From Macrostomum lignano (lineage: Eukaryota), in contig NIVC01001354.1 in the NCBI GenBank assembly GCA_002269645.1, positions 36,147-100,146 of the forward strand: DNA of 64,000 nt, read 5' to 3'. Within the stretch, counting starts at the first letter, position 1, and each line of letters starts with the position of its first letter. A model generated the notes under the pieces. It saw nothing but the letters and a program-made list of their open reading frames with translations, made no database searches and was not told the origin of the DNA. Below, piece after piece: positions 1-15,556 of this stretch. The position numbers and the translations under genes were made by a program.

Positions 1-250
1 TCCCTCTCACCCGGTGTCTCAGCCCAGTATCTCCCTCTCACCCGGCGTCTCAGCCTAGTATCTCCCTCTCACCCGGTGTCTCAGCCCAGTATCTCCCTCT
101 CACCCGGTGTCTCAGCCCAGTATCTCCCTCTCACCCGGCGTCTCAGCCTAGTATCTCCCTCTCACCCGGTGTCTCAGCCCAGTATCTCCCTCTCACCCGG
201 TGTCTCAGCCCAGTATCTCCCTCTCACCCGGTGTCTCACCCCAGTATCTC
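1..250. repeat. 31-bp minisatellite (TCCCTCTCACCCGGTGTCTCAGCCCAGTATC)n, truncated by window start
   Basis: Unit recurs every 31 nt from position 1. Confidence 0.95.
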
Positions 251-519
251 CCTCTCACCCGGTGTCTCTTCTCCTCACACAGTGTGTCTCTCCTTCTCTC
301 TCCTTCTCTCCCGGTGTCTTTTCTCCTCACCCGGTGTCTCACTCTCTCCCGGTGTCTCTGTGACATAGTGACACGATGAACTTTGCTATAGGTTGCATGC
401 ACTGTAGTGTTGACTCACTAGCAGTGGAGTTGTTATTGATCGGCTTAGAGATTGTATTTTATTCCACCCCACCCCATGCGCGCGTTTGAATCTGTCTGCA
501 CCCACCACCTCAGTGCTAA

Positions 520-1347
<828 letters not shown>

Positions 1348-1697
1348 TAAAATGGAGGGATCAGTCTGCAGAGACAAAGATTTGCTTAGGCACCTGTACT
1401 GTACGCAATGAGATGCCAGTAACTTATCGATTTATTCTTAGACCGCACCTTTTCCGACCCTCACTAGCCAGCCGCCCGAGTCAAACACATTCTCTCTAAA
1501 TGCTGTCCTTCCGCCCCGCCACATTCATGAGCGCCTTTTCAGTTAATTAACTTGACCAACCTGCCACCTCTTTTTTTGCACCCTGACGATTCGCGACCCA
1601 GAAGATTTTAAAGCACTGATAGCAAAGTGACATGCCTTTGCGTTACTATGTCCGCCGGACAAATGTTGCCCCCCCCTCGTGAACAGAAAGCCAACAC

Positions 1698-2590
1698 TGG
1701 TGTCTCTCCCTCTCACACGGTGTCTCTCCCTCTCACTCGGTGTCTCTCCCTTTCACTCGGTGTCTCTCCCTCTCACACGGTGTCTCTCCCTTTCACTCGG
1801 TGTCTCTCCCTTTCACTCGGTGTCTCTCCCTTTCACTCGGTGTCTTTCCCTTTCACTCGGTGTCTCTCCCTTTCACTCGGTGTCTCTCCCTTTCACTCGG
1901 TCTCTCTCCCTTTCACTCGGTGTCTCTCCCTTTCACTCGGTGTCTCTCCCTTTCACTCGGTGTCTCTCCCTTTCACTCGGTGTCTCTCCCTTTCACTCGG
2001 TGTCTCTCCCTCTCACACGGTGTCTCTCCCTTTCACTCGGTGTCTCTCCCTTTCACTCGGTGTCTTTCCCTTTCACTCGGTGTCTCTCCCTTTCACTCGG
2101 TGTCTCTCCCTTTCACTCGGTGTCTTTCCCTTTTACTCGGTGTCTCTCCCTCTCATACGGTGTCTCTCCCTTTCACTCGGTGTCTCTCCCTTTCACTCGG
2201 TGTCTCTCCCTCTCACACGGTGTCTCTCCCTTTCACTCGGTGTCTCTCCCTTTCACTCGGTGTCTCTCCCTTTCACTCGGTGTCTCTCCCTTTCACTCGG
2301 TCTCTCTCCCTTTCACTCGGTGTCTCTCCCTTTCACTCGGTGTCTCTCCCTTTCACTCGGTGTCTCTCCCTTTCACTCGGTGTCTCTCCCTTTCACTCGG
2401 TGTCTCTCCCTTTCACTCGGTCTCTCTCCCTTTCACTCGGTGTCTCTCCCTTTCACTCGGTGTCTCTCCCTTTCACTCGGTGTCTCTCCCTTTCACTCGG
2501 TGTCTCTCCCTTTCACTCGGTGTCTCTCCCTTTCACTCGGTGTCTCTCCCTTTCACTCGGTGTCTCTCCCTCTCATACGGTGTCTCCCTC
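1698..2590. repeat. 20-bp minisatellite (TGTCTCTCCCTTTCACTCGG)n
   Basis: About 44 near-perfect units, in register with the 60-nt lines. Confidence 0.95.
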
Positions 2591-2686
2591 ACACTCAGTG
2601 CTTCCCTTTATGAACATTACCCGATTATGCATATATTATTTTAATTCCTGAATTCCTAGAATGCTGAAAATATGAGCAAGCTACAG

Positions 2687-3759
2687 ACAACTGAGGCCCA
2701 ATCCATATTGGCAGGGCCTGATGATCCGCTCACCCAGAGATCCCGCCTACGTTGCCGAGGGCCAAATTGAAAATTCATTCATGTACAGCCGGCCGCGACA
2801 TCCGTTCTTTTGGGACCTCATCGTGTACTTGAATGCCACCACTGGGGAGATGCCAATCATGAGCAGCGGTGGGTCTGTGGGCTTTGAGTTGTGTCTCTAG
2901 AGCACAGACCACTGTGCGCGATTTACCTTGATAAGTTCTAGATAGGGGTGATTCTAGATAGGGCTGATTCTAGATAGGTGTGATTCTAGATAGGGGCGAT
3001 TCCAGATAGGGGTGATTCTAGATATGGGCGATTCTAGATAGGGGAGATTCTAGATAAGGGGCGATTCTAGATAGGGGAGATTCTAGATAAGGGGCGATTC
3101 TAGATAGGGGCGATTCTGGACAAGGGAGATTCTAGATAAGGGGCGATTCCAGATAGGGGTGATTCTAGATATGGGCGATTCTAGATAGGGGAGATTCTAG
3201 ATAAGGGGCGATTCTAGATAGGGGTGATTCTAGATATGAGCGATTCTAGATAAGGAGCGATTCTAGATAGGTGTGATTCTAGATAGGGGCGATTCTGGAC
3301 AAGGGAGATTCTAGATAAGGGGCGATTCGAGATATAGGGGTGATTCTAGATAGGGGCGATTCCACATAGGGGGCGATTCTAGATAGGGGCGATTCTAGAA
3401 AGGGGGCGATTCCGATGTGAGGGACTCTTGTGGGTGCACCTATAAGTAAGTCTCTGCACTTTCCGCCCGGCCCCGCAGGTCCCTACCTCATCATGAGCGG
3501 CATCCACGCGGCCAGGCAGCTGGGCATCGCGCCGTCTGGCATCCGGGTGGACGGCCGCGACTTCCTGACGGTGTACCCGCCAGCCTATTTCAACCCGTAC
3601 AGCTGGATGCTGCTGAACAGCAGGCACTGCAGACTTTATGGAAGATTCGAAAACAGAACACAGCTCAGACAGTGCCGGGACTCCTTTCAAGACAGCTACG
3701 TAATGCAATACCACACTCAGGTGTGGGCGAAGGGCAGCTACCTAATCAGTGGTCCGTGA
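2687..3759 (+). CDS. 3' exons of a glycosyltransferase family 32 (alpha-1,4-GlcNAc/Gal transferase, Gb3-synthase-like) gene; 5' part not located
   Basis: Exon ~2687-2868 (..QLRPNPYWQGL..QIENSFMYSRPRHPFFWDLI..IMSS), donor G|GTGGGT, acceptor CCCCGCAG|, exon 3479-3759 (GPYLIM..VYPPAYFNPYSW..QDSYVMQYHTQVW..stop). The phase-1 junction rebuilds a Gly codon. Motifs N..F...HPF, GP, P..F.P and SY..H.W match the GT32 C-terminal domain. The 5' boundary of the first exon is approximate. Confidence 0.72.
2930..3415. repeat. 16-17-bp minisatellite (GATTCTAGATAGGGGC)n in the GT32 intron
   Basis: Direct repeats filling most of intron 2869-3478. Confidence 0.92.
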
Positions 3760-3929
3760 AGGAGAGAAGGCTGAACTTATGTGAATTGAAGTTAACAATT
3801 TTAATACGCCTTTTATGACTGAGTTGCGTGCAGCATGAATTTGTAGGCATACAGGCATTTTCGGCTAAATTTCATGCCCTCATTGCGTATAATACATCAA
3901 ATAGCCTACTCTGACACGCCCCACAGAGC

Positions 3930-4001
3930 GGCTCAGTGGTCTAGGGGTATGATACTCGCTTAGGGTGCGAGTGGTCCCGGGTTCAAATCCCGGCTGAGCC
4001 C
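3930..4001 (+). tRNA. tRNA-Pro (anticodon AGG)
   Basis: GGCTCAG/CTGAGCC acceptor stem, A-box TGGTCTAGGGG, anticodon arm CTCGC-TTAGGGT-GCGAG, B-box GGTTCAAATCC; a Pol III T-run follows at 4006-4011. Confidence 0.96.
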
Positions 4002-4956
4002 AAACTTTTTTCGTGCAAATAATTTTTTTGTTTCCTTCTCCACGTCGCTTCAATTAACTTTTTGATCAATTGTTACATTACAAGAATTATTAATAAAACT
4101 ACGGTATCTCTTTCTGTAAAAATCATTACGCAATGCAAAATCAAGCCTTTTGTTTAATTTTTAAAACTTGTTTGACTCAACTACTAGCAGTAGAAAAACG
4201 ATCATTTCGTTAAAATTCTTTCTAATTCATACAATTAAATGTGGTGTTTTGATATGTATGCCTAAAAAAGGTATCAAACCGGACCGGTAAACAAGCCGAT
4301 CGATGGGCCTTAAAGGTGTGATTTGATTATAATATTACATTGCGATATCGATCTTAAGTAACATGATTTTTCGCCTTTGAAAAAGAATGAACGGTTTTTC
4401 TCGTGCTTTAAAAGTTTTTAAATTATTTGTTAAAAATAAAATAAATCAATATTAAAAATTCAAACTGCCGCCAAGAACCTAGGATGCGTTCGAAATTGTA
4501 AATCTAAATCGTACTTATCTAGCGAAAAAAACTGGTTAGTTAAAAAACTGTAAAATAACAAAATATACTTCTACTAGACAAATTAAATCATAAATAATGG
4601 ATAATACCCATGGTATCTCATACAGGAAGAGCAATACATACTATAAATATAAAGTATATCAGGTTTCCCAAAAATGCTATAGCTCGTATTATAAATGAAC
4701 TCCAGTTCGGTACTCCTACGCCCTGATCTCCAGCTGCGCAACATGCCGACCGAAAACTGCATTCGATTCGGTAAGCTTTTTGGAACACCCGTTGCACACC
4801 AAGCAATCAAGTTGTCTTTTTTATTGATTAATTGATTATATTGTGGTTTAGTTCCCAATGAATCAAGTAGAGATTTATTTATATAGCTATAGTTTTAGTT
4901 CCAGTCACAGTTCCAGCTGGTAGAACTAATTTCCTAAACAGAATTGACCACCGGAC

Positions 4957-5274
4957 TCAGGCGTGCTGCTTCACTCGCCTCACAATCCCGTCGTAGTCGG
5001 CGCCCTTGAGCTCGTCGACCTCCTTGCCGTCCTTGTAGAACTTGAACGTCGGCATGCATTCGATGCCGGCGGCCGACGCCGCGTCAGCATTCTCGTCGAC
5101 GTCGACCTTGGCGAACAAGACGCTGGGCGTGTCGGTGGCGAGCTGCTCGAACTTCGGGGCGATCATGCGGCAGGGGCCGCACCAGCTGGCGGTGAAGTCA
5201 ATCACCACCAGCTTGCCCTGCGAACCGGTCAGCAGGTTGTCGAAGTCGGCTCTCGTTTTCAGAAAATTCACCAT
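4957..5274 (-). CDS. trx: Thioredoxin, 105 aa, intronless CDS
   Basis: MVNFLKT...VVIDFTASWCGPCRMIAPKFEQL...KVDVDE...IECMPTFKFYKDG; canonical WCGPC active site. ATG at 5274 chosen over the upstream non-conserved extension. Confidence 0.95.
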   Translation of the reverse strand: MVNFLKTRADFDNLLTGSQGKLVVIDFTASWCGPCRMIAPKFEQLATDTPSVLFAKVDVDENADAASAAGIECMPTFKFYKDGKEVDELKGADYDGIVRRVKQHA

Positions 5275-5841
5275 TTTGAATTTGGCGCAGGCTTGCAGGT
5301 CTGGCGGAAAGTCTGGGGCTTTGGGTGCAGCTCTGCGTGTCAATGTAAAACTCAAAGAGCTGGCCTTTCCGCGCCGAGGGCTGCTTTTGTCGACATCTGC
5401 CGCGGGAGGGGGCGGGTGAGTCAGGGTTGGAGAGTGCTGGTGAGCTCGGTATTTTTCCATAGTCTTTGCATGCTTGCCAACTGTATCCTGCATGGCCTCT
5501 CTTCATCTGCATCATTGAGATGCTCAAAAAGTATACAATTGTGGCAGACGTACAATACTGGCTTTGAGCTGATGTAGCATTATAGCAAAAGACACGCCTT
5601 ATAGGTTGCAAACAGTTTTTCAGCACAACATCTGTGCGTGAAGGCCTCATTAACTACGAGTCATTTTTATTTTGAATAAAATGTACTAGCGAAAAGCGGT
5701 GGAGAAGTTCAGTGACACTAATTGACAAAGCAAACTAATTAAGTAGTGAGGAAGGGGACTGGAAGCAGATTAACTTGACGATTTTTCACTGGAAGGCAGC
5801 TGGGCAATTTTAGGCTCGATACTTACATTTTGAAGATCTCA

Positions 5842-6228
5842 GCCATCACACTCTGCGTCACTCAGACTCTGCATCACTCAGTCCCTGCATCACTCAGACC
5901 GCGCATCACTCAGACCCTGCATCACTCAGACCCTGCACCACTCAGACCCTGCATCACTCAGACTCTGCATCACTCAGACCCTGCATCACTCAGACCCTGC
6001 ATCACTCAGTCCCTGCATCACTCAGACCCTGCATCACTCAGACCCTGCACCACTCAGACCCTGCATCACTCAGACTCTGCATCACTCAGACCCTGCATCA
6101 CTCAGACCCTGCATCACTCAGACCCTGCACCACTCAGATCCTGCATAACTCAGACCCTGCATCACTCAGACCCTGCACCACTCAGATCCTGCATCACTCA
6201 GACCCTGCATCACTCAGACCCTGCACCA
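5842..6228. repeat. 16-bp minisatellite (CTCAGACCCTGCATCA)n
   Basis: About 24 direct repeats. Confidence 0.93.
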
Positions 6229-6519
6229 TAGTTTCTAAACAGAATTAAGCTACAACAATGAGTCAAATTCAGTGCTAGGAAAAAGGAAACACAGGCTAAT
6301 AAATCAAATATAGATTGAAAAAATTGCTAATTGCCTGAAATTCCGCTTCTGCCAGTAGTATAAACAGCGCATTTAACTTAATTTTTACTACCAAGAAACT
6401 GTCAGAAAAAGTCCAAAGCGTTTAGCACTACTCATGACTGGCAGCAGCAAGTAGTATTACTAGGAAATTGCGGGAAAACTCGAAGTAAAAATTAAAAATT
6501 AAAAATTCGCTCAGCGCAG

Positions 6520-9899
<3,380 letters not shown>

Positions 9900-10689
9900 G
9901 GCCTTCTTCGACTCGGCTGTGGACTGGGCGATCTGTGCAGAGGTCCCACCGGTCTCGAGCTGGCGCAGTGGGGGAGACCCGAGAGGCTTTTTGTACCGCG
10001 GCTGACGGCTCAAACTCTCGAGGAGAGCCGCTTCTCTTCAGAAGCTCTTCGGAATTCCTTCTGGGGGGAAAATCCTCACCCACGCGCCCACCCCTGCCAT
10101 GCAGGGACTCCTAGAATTAGCACCGGTGGACTCGAAGACCGGCAAAGATAGTAAGTAAACCAGATCTGAAGTGGAGCTGAATAAATTCCCCTGATATAAT
10201 GTAATGTAATTTAAGATGGCAGATATCTTCTGTCAGATAGAATTGGAAAAATCTTATTTTAATCCAAAATAGTTGAATTTTAGGATCCCTTGTTGTTTAT
10301 CCCGGCTTCCAGTCCACAGGCACTTAGAAGTCCCTGCACCCCCCCCCCCTACGAAAAGGAAGCACGAAGCGGTTCCGATCACCCAGTGCTGATCGATATC
10401 TCGAATGCAGTTTCAGCAGCTGCTTTTTCTCCCCTGGCCTGGCAACCTACGCTGCCTACTCTCGCGTGTGTACGCGGCAGTGCGAGTGCGCTGAGCAGTC
10501 TGAGTTTATGCAATTGTTGCTTCCGCGCTTGCTTGTTCTGCTATAGCCTATAGGTCTGCTATATCTGCAATCCGCAATGACCAAGCCATTGCGCTTGGAG
10601 CTGTATTGTGAGAATGCTTATTCATATTAATTGTACGCGCAGGTCACAAGCATTTGCCTTCATGGTGGATGCGATATCCAAGTCTGAGC

Positions 10690-13085
10690 TGATCTACAGA
10701 TTGATCTATTAATATTAACTGATCTACAGACTGATCCATAAATCTTGACTGATCTACCGACTGATCTATTATTAATTTTGACGGATCTACAGATTGATCT
10801 ATTAATTTTGACTGATCTACAGATTGATCTATTAATCTTAACTGATCTACAGATTGATCTATTAATCTTGACTGATCTACAGATTGATCTATTAATCTTG
10901 ACTGATCTACAGATTGATCTATTAATTTTGACTGATCTACAGATTGATCTATTAATCTTGACTGATCTACAGATTGATCTATTAATCTTGACTGATCTAC
11001 AGATTGATCTATTAATCTTGACTGATCTACAGATTGATCTATTAATCTTGACTGTTCTACAGATTGATCTATTAATCTTGGCTGATCTACAGATTGATCT
11101 ATTAATCTTGACTGATCTACAGATTGATCTATTAATCTTGACTGATCTACAGATTGATCTATTAATCTTGACTGATCTACAGATTGATCTATTAATCTTG
11201 ACTGATCTACAGATTGATCTATTAATCTTGACTGATCTACAGATTGATTTATTGCAATATTAATCTTGACTGATCTACAGATTGATCTATTAATATTAAC
11301 TGATCTACAGACTGACCCATAAATCTTGAATGATCTACCGACTGATCTATTATTAATTTTGACGGATCTACAGATTGATCTATTAATCGTGACTGATCTA
11401 CAGATTGATCTATTAATCTTGACGGATCTACAGATTGATCTATTAATTTTGACTGATCTACAGATTGATCTATTAATCTTGACGGATCTACAGATTGATC
11501 TATTAATTTTGACTGATCCACAGATTGATCTATTAATCTTGACTGATCTACAGATTGATCTATTAATCTTGACTGATCTACAGATTGATCTATTAATCTT
11601 GACTGATCTACAGATTGATCTATTAATCTTGACTGATCTACAGATTGATCTATTAATCTTGACTGATCTACAGATTGATCTATTAATCTTGACTGATCTA
11701 CAGATTGATCTATTAATCTTGACTGATCTACAGATTGATCTATTACATGTAATTTTGACTGATCTACAGATTGATTTATTAATCTTGACTGATCTACAGA
11801 TTGATCTATTAATCTTGACTGATCTACAGATTGATCTATTAATCTTGACTGATCTACAGATTGATCTATTAATCTTGACTGATCTACAGATTGATCTATT
11901 AATCTTGACTGATCTACAGATTGATCTATTAATCTTGACTGTTCTACAGATTGATCTATTAATCTTGGCTGATCTACAGATTGATCTATTAATCTTGACT
12001 GATCTACAGATTGATCTATTAATCTTGACTGATCTACAGATTGATCTATTAATCTTGACTGATCTACAGATTGATCTATTAATCTTGACTGATCTACAGA
12101 TTGATCTATTAATCTTGACTGATCTACAGATTGATCTATTAATCTTGACTGATCTACAGATTGATCTATTAATCTTGACTGATCTACAGATTGATCTATT
12201 ACATGTAATTTTGACTGATCTACAGATTGATTTATTAATCTTGACTGATCTACAGATTGATCTATTAATCTTGACTGATCTACAGATTGATCTATTAATC
12301 TTGACTGATCTACAGATTGATCTATTAATCTTGACTGATCTACAGATTGATCTATTAATCTTGACTGATCTACAGATTGATCTATTAATCTTGACTGATC
12401 TACAGATTGATCTATTAATCTTGACTGATCTACAGATTGATCTATTAATCTTGACTGATCTACAGATTGATTTATTGCAATATTAATCTTGACTGATCTA
12501 CAGATTGATCTATTAATATTAACTGATCTACAGACTGACCCATAAATCTTGACTGATCTACAGATTGATCTATTAATCTTGACTGATCTACAGATTGATC
12601 TATTAATCTTGACTGATCTACAGATTGATCTATTAATATTGACTGATCTACAGATTGATTTATTAATCTTGACTGATCTACAGATTGATCTATTAATTTT
12701 GACTGATCTACAGATTGATCTATTAATCTTGACTGATCTACAGATTGATCTATTAATCTTAACTGATCTACAGATTGATCTATTAATTTTGATGGATCTA
12801 CAGATTGATCTATTAATCTTGACTGATCTACAGATTGATCTATTAATCTTGACTGATCTATTAATTTTGACGGATCTACAGATTGATCCATAAATCTTGA
12901 CTGATCTATTAATTTTGACGGATCTACAGATTGATCCATAAATCTTGACTGATCTATTAATTTTGACGGATCTACAGATTGATCTATTAATCTTGACGGA
13001 TCTGCAGATTGATCTATTAATTTTGACGGATCTACAGATTGATCCATAAATCTTGACTGATCTACCGACTGATCTATTAATCTTG
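10690..13085. repeat. 30-bp minisatellite (ACTGATCTACAGATTGATCTATTAATCTTG)n, ~2.4 kb
   Basis: Long near-perfect array; source of the LILTDLQIDL pseudo-ORFs. Confidence 0.96.
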
Positions 13086-14469
13086 GCATCCACAAACAGA
13101 TAAGCACTATTGATCTACATGTACAGGCCCTGGCCAATCTCAAGTCAACAAAAATCTACAGATAGATCTCAGAAAAACACCATTGATCTACAGACAGATT
13201 TGAATTCTCCAGATTTTCCGCTAAAAATTAGCAAATTCGATTTGAACAAATCAGAGTAGAGTTTTGTTAAATTGAAAAACTGCCTTAGAAAAACAGTTAT
13301 TTATGTAGACCCCGGACCCTAATGGCTTCCGTCGTGTTTATTTAGCAAGTCAGCTAGTCGGCTTTGTTTTCAAAATTGGGAAAACGATCTTCTTAATTAA
13401 TATTATTATTATTAATTATATGTAGATATGGCTTACAAAATAGTTAACCACCCAACAAGCGCAAACAGGCGGCTCTTGGCGCAAGCAAAACGCTGATTAA
13501 ATATTTAAGAAATTAGATGACACATCCGGGACACCGGAAAAATGACAGGGGCTGACAGGGGACCGGTGAGTGACAGGGGAATTAAATGCAGCTCGGGCGA
13601 TGGCGTACTTTTTTTCTGCAAATTTTGCCCAGGAAAAAAACGGACAGAACTCGCAGTGTTCTTCTAATCTGGAACTGTTGCTTCTTTCTGTACACGAGAA
13701 GAGGAATTGCCAGGGGGGAATAGCAGAGAGTTCCAGCGGGAGCTTAATGAGAATTTGATTTAAATAAAATAATTAGTAAGGCCGGAAAAGGCAGTGGGGA
13801 GACAAAAAATGAGGATAATAGAGAAGTACATACGAAGTAGATTCGATCAGCGCACACCAGCTAAAGGAGTTTTTAAAGTGCCACGAACAAAATGGAATGA
13901 CTTTTTTCTCAAGCCTTACTACTATTACCAACAAGAAGCGGATTTTCGATTCCAAAACAGCTGATTTCTAAGAAAAAACGTGCACTTTAAAAACACCCCC
14001 AGATCTGATGCAAGGCTAACATAACTGTTAGGGGCGGATTGCTATGCGAGTTGAGTTCAATGAATAAGCGAAATGACAGTCCGAAATGTACTTTATCAGA
14101 CAAGCAGGCGAGCACACGCCGAAACAGGTGAATAACCGTATTACAGATCAGTATTATTATTATTGTTATTATTGACCTACAACTGCTCAAAAACAGTCAA
14201 CAAGACGGAAGAACACGCGCGAACCCTCCTACTAACAGTAGATTACTAAACCGACTTTTGCTGATCTTACCGCCGAAAAAGATTCCTCAAATGAAGCCAG
14301 CAATTTGATTTGAAAAAGAAGAGAATCATCCCGCGCCGTGCGCACGGGCTCAGAAATGTCAGAAAGTTTGTTGGCTTGCAAAATCGATGCGGGAAGGGAT
14401 GATGAAGAACTGAGCAGATGGGAGTCCAAATACTCAAACCAAGACCTTGAGCGACCTTGACCAAGACAC

Positions 14470-14823
14470 ACTTGCGTAGATCATCAGAGAGAGTGACACA
14501 TTTGCATAGATCATCAGAGAGAGTGACACATTTGCATAGATCATCAGAGAGAGAGTGACACACTTGCATAGATCATCAGAGAGAGTGACACATTTGCATA
14601 GATCATCAGAGAGAGTGACACATTTGCATAGATCATCAGAGAGAGAGTGACACACTTGCATAGATCATCAGAGAGAGTGACACACTTGCATAGATCATCA
14701 GAGAGAGTGACACATTTGCATAGATCATCAGAGAGAGTGACACATTTGCATAGATCATCAGAGAGAGTGACACACTTGCATAGATCATCAGAGAGAGTGA
14801 CACACTTGCATAGATCATCAGAC

Positions 14824-14884
<61 letters not shown>

Positions 14885-15345
14885 AGCAGAGAGAGTGATA
14901 CACTTGCATAGATCATGAGAGAGAGAGAGAGAAAGAGAGAGAGAGTGACACAGATGAGGGGAGAGTGACACACACAGATAAGAGAGTCATACACACACAA
15001 TGGTAGAGTGTGACACACAGAGATGAGGGGAGAGTGACACACAGAGATGAGGGGAGAGTGACACACAGAGATGAGGGGAGAGTGACACACAGAGATGAGG
15101 GGAGAGTGACACACACAGATCAGAGAGTCATACACACACAATGGTAGAGTGTGACACACAGAGATGAGGGGAGAGTGACACACACAGATCAGAGAGTCAT
15201 ACACACACAATGGTAGAGTGTGACACACAGAGATGAGGGGAGAGTGACACACACAGATCAGAGAGTCATACACACACCATGGTAGTGTGACACAGAGATG
15301 GGAGAGTGACACACAGATGAGTGGAGAGTGACACACAGATCAGCA
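14470..15345. repeat. Compound array: 30/32-bp (GAGAGTGACACATTTGCATAGATCATCAGA)n, (GA)n, and 25-bp/~68-bp GAGAGTGACAC-core units
   Basis: Direct repeats seen; unit type changes at about 14825 and 14940. Confidence 0.9.
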
Positions 15346-15556
15346 GAGCATTAGTGAGACAGCAACACTGCAAGCCGACGTGCCAGCGCAAATTGCTGCT
15401 GCTCAGAACGCCAGAACAGACGGGGATGTCGGGCATAGAAACACACGGGGCCGCGCCATAGAAACGGAACCATCGCACGCTGGTTGCGGTAGCGCAAAAA
15501 GTAGCGGCACAATCTTCGGCAGGCAGCCGGCAGTGTCAAGAGGAGCCGACGCAAAG

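Noticed and set aside
4963-5650. ORFs overlapping thioredoxin, and the 73-aa upstream extension
   Set aside because: These are antisense or alternative-frame shadows of a GC3-rich exon; homology begins at MVNFLK.
14232-14471. ORF ..RSWFEYLDSHLL.. as an extra 4E-T terminal exon (weak resemblance to a KWF motif)
   Set aside because: I found no compatible donor before the stop at 15557, there is no GC3 bias, and the similarity is too weak.
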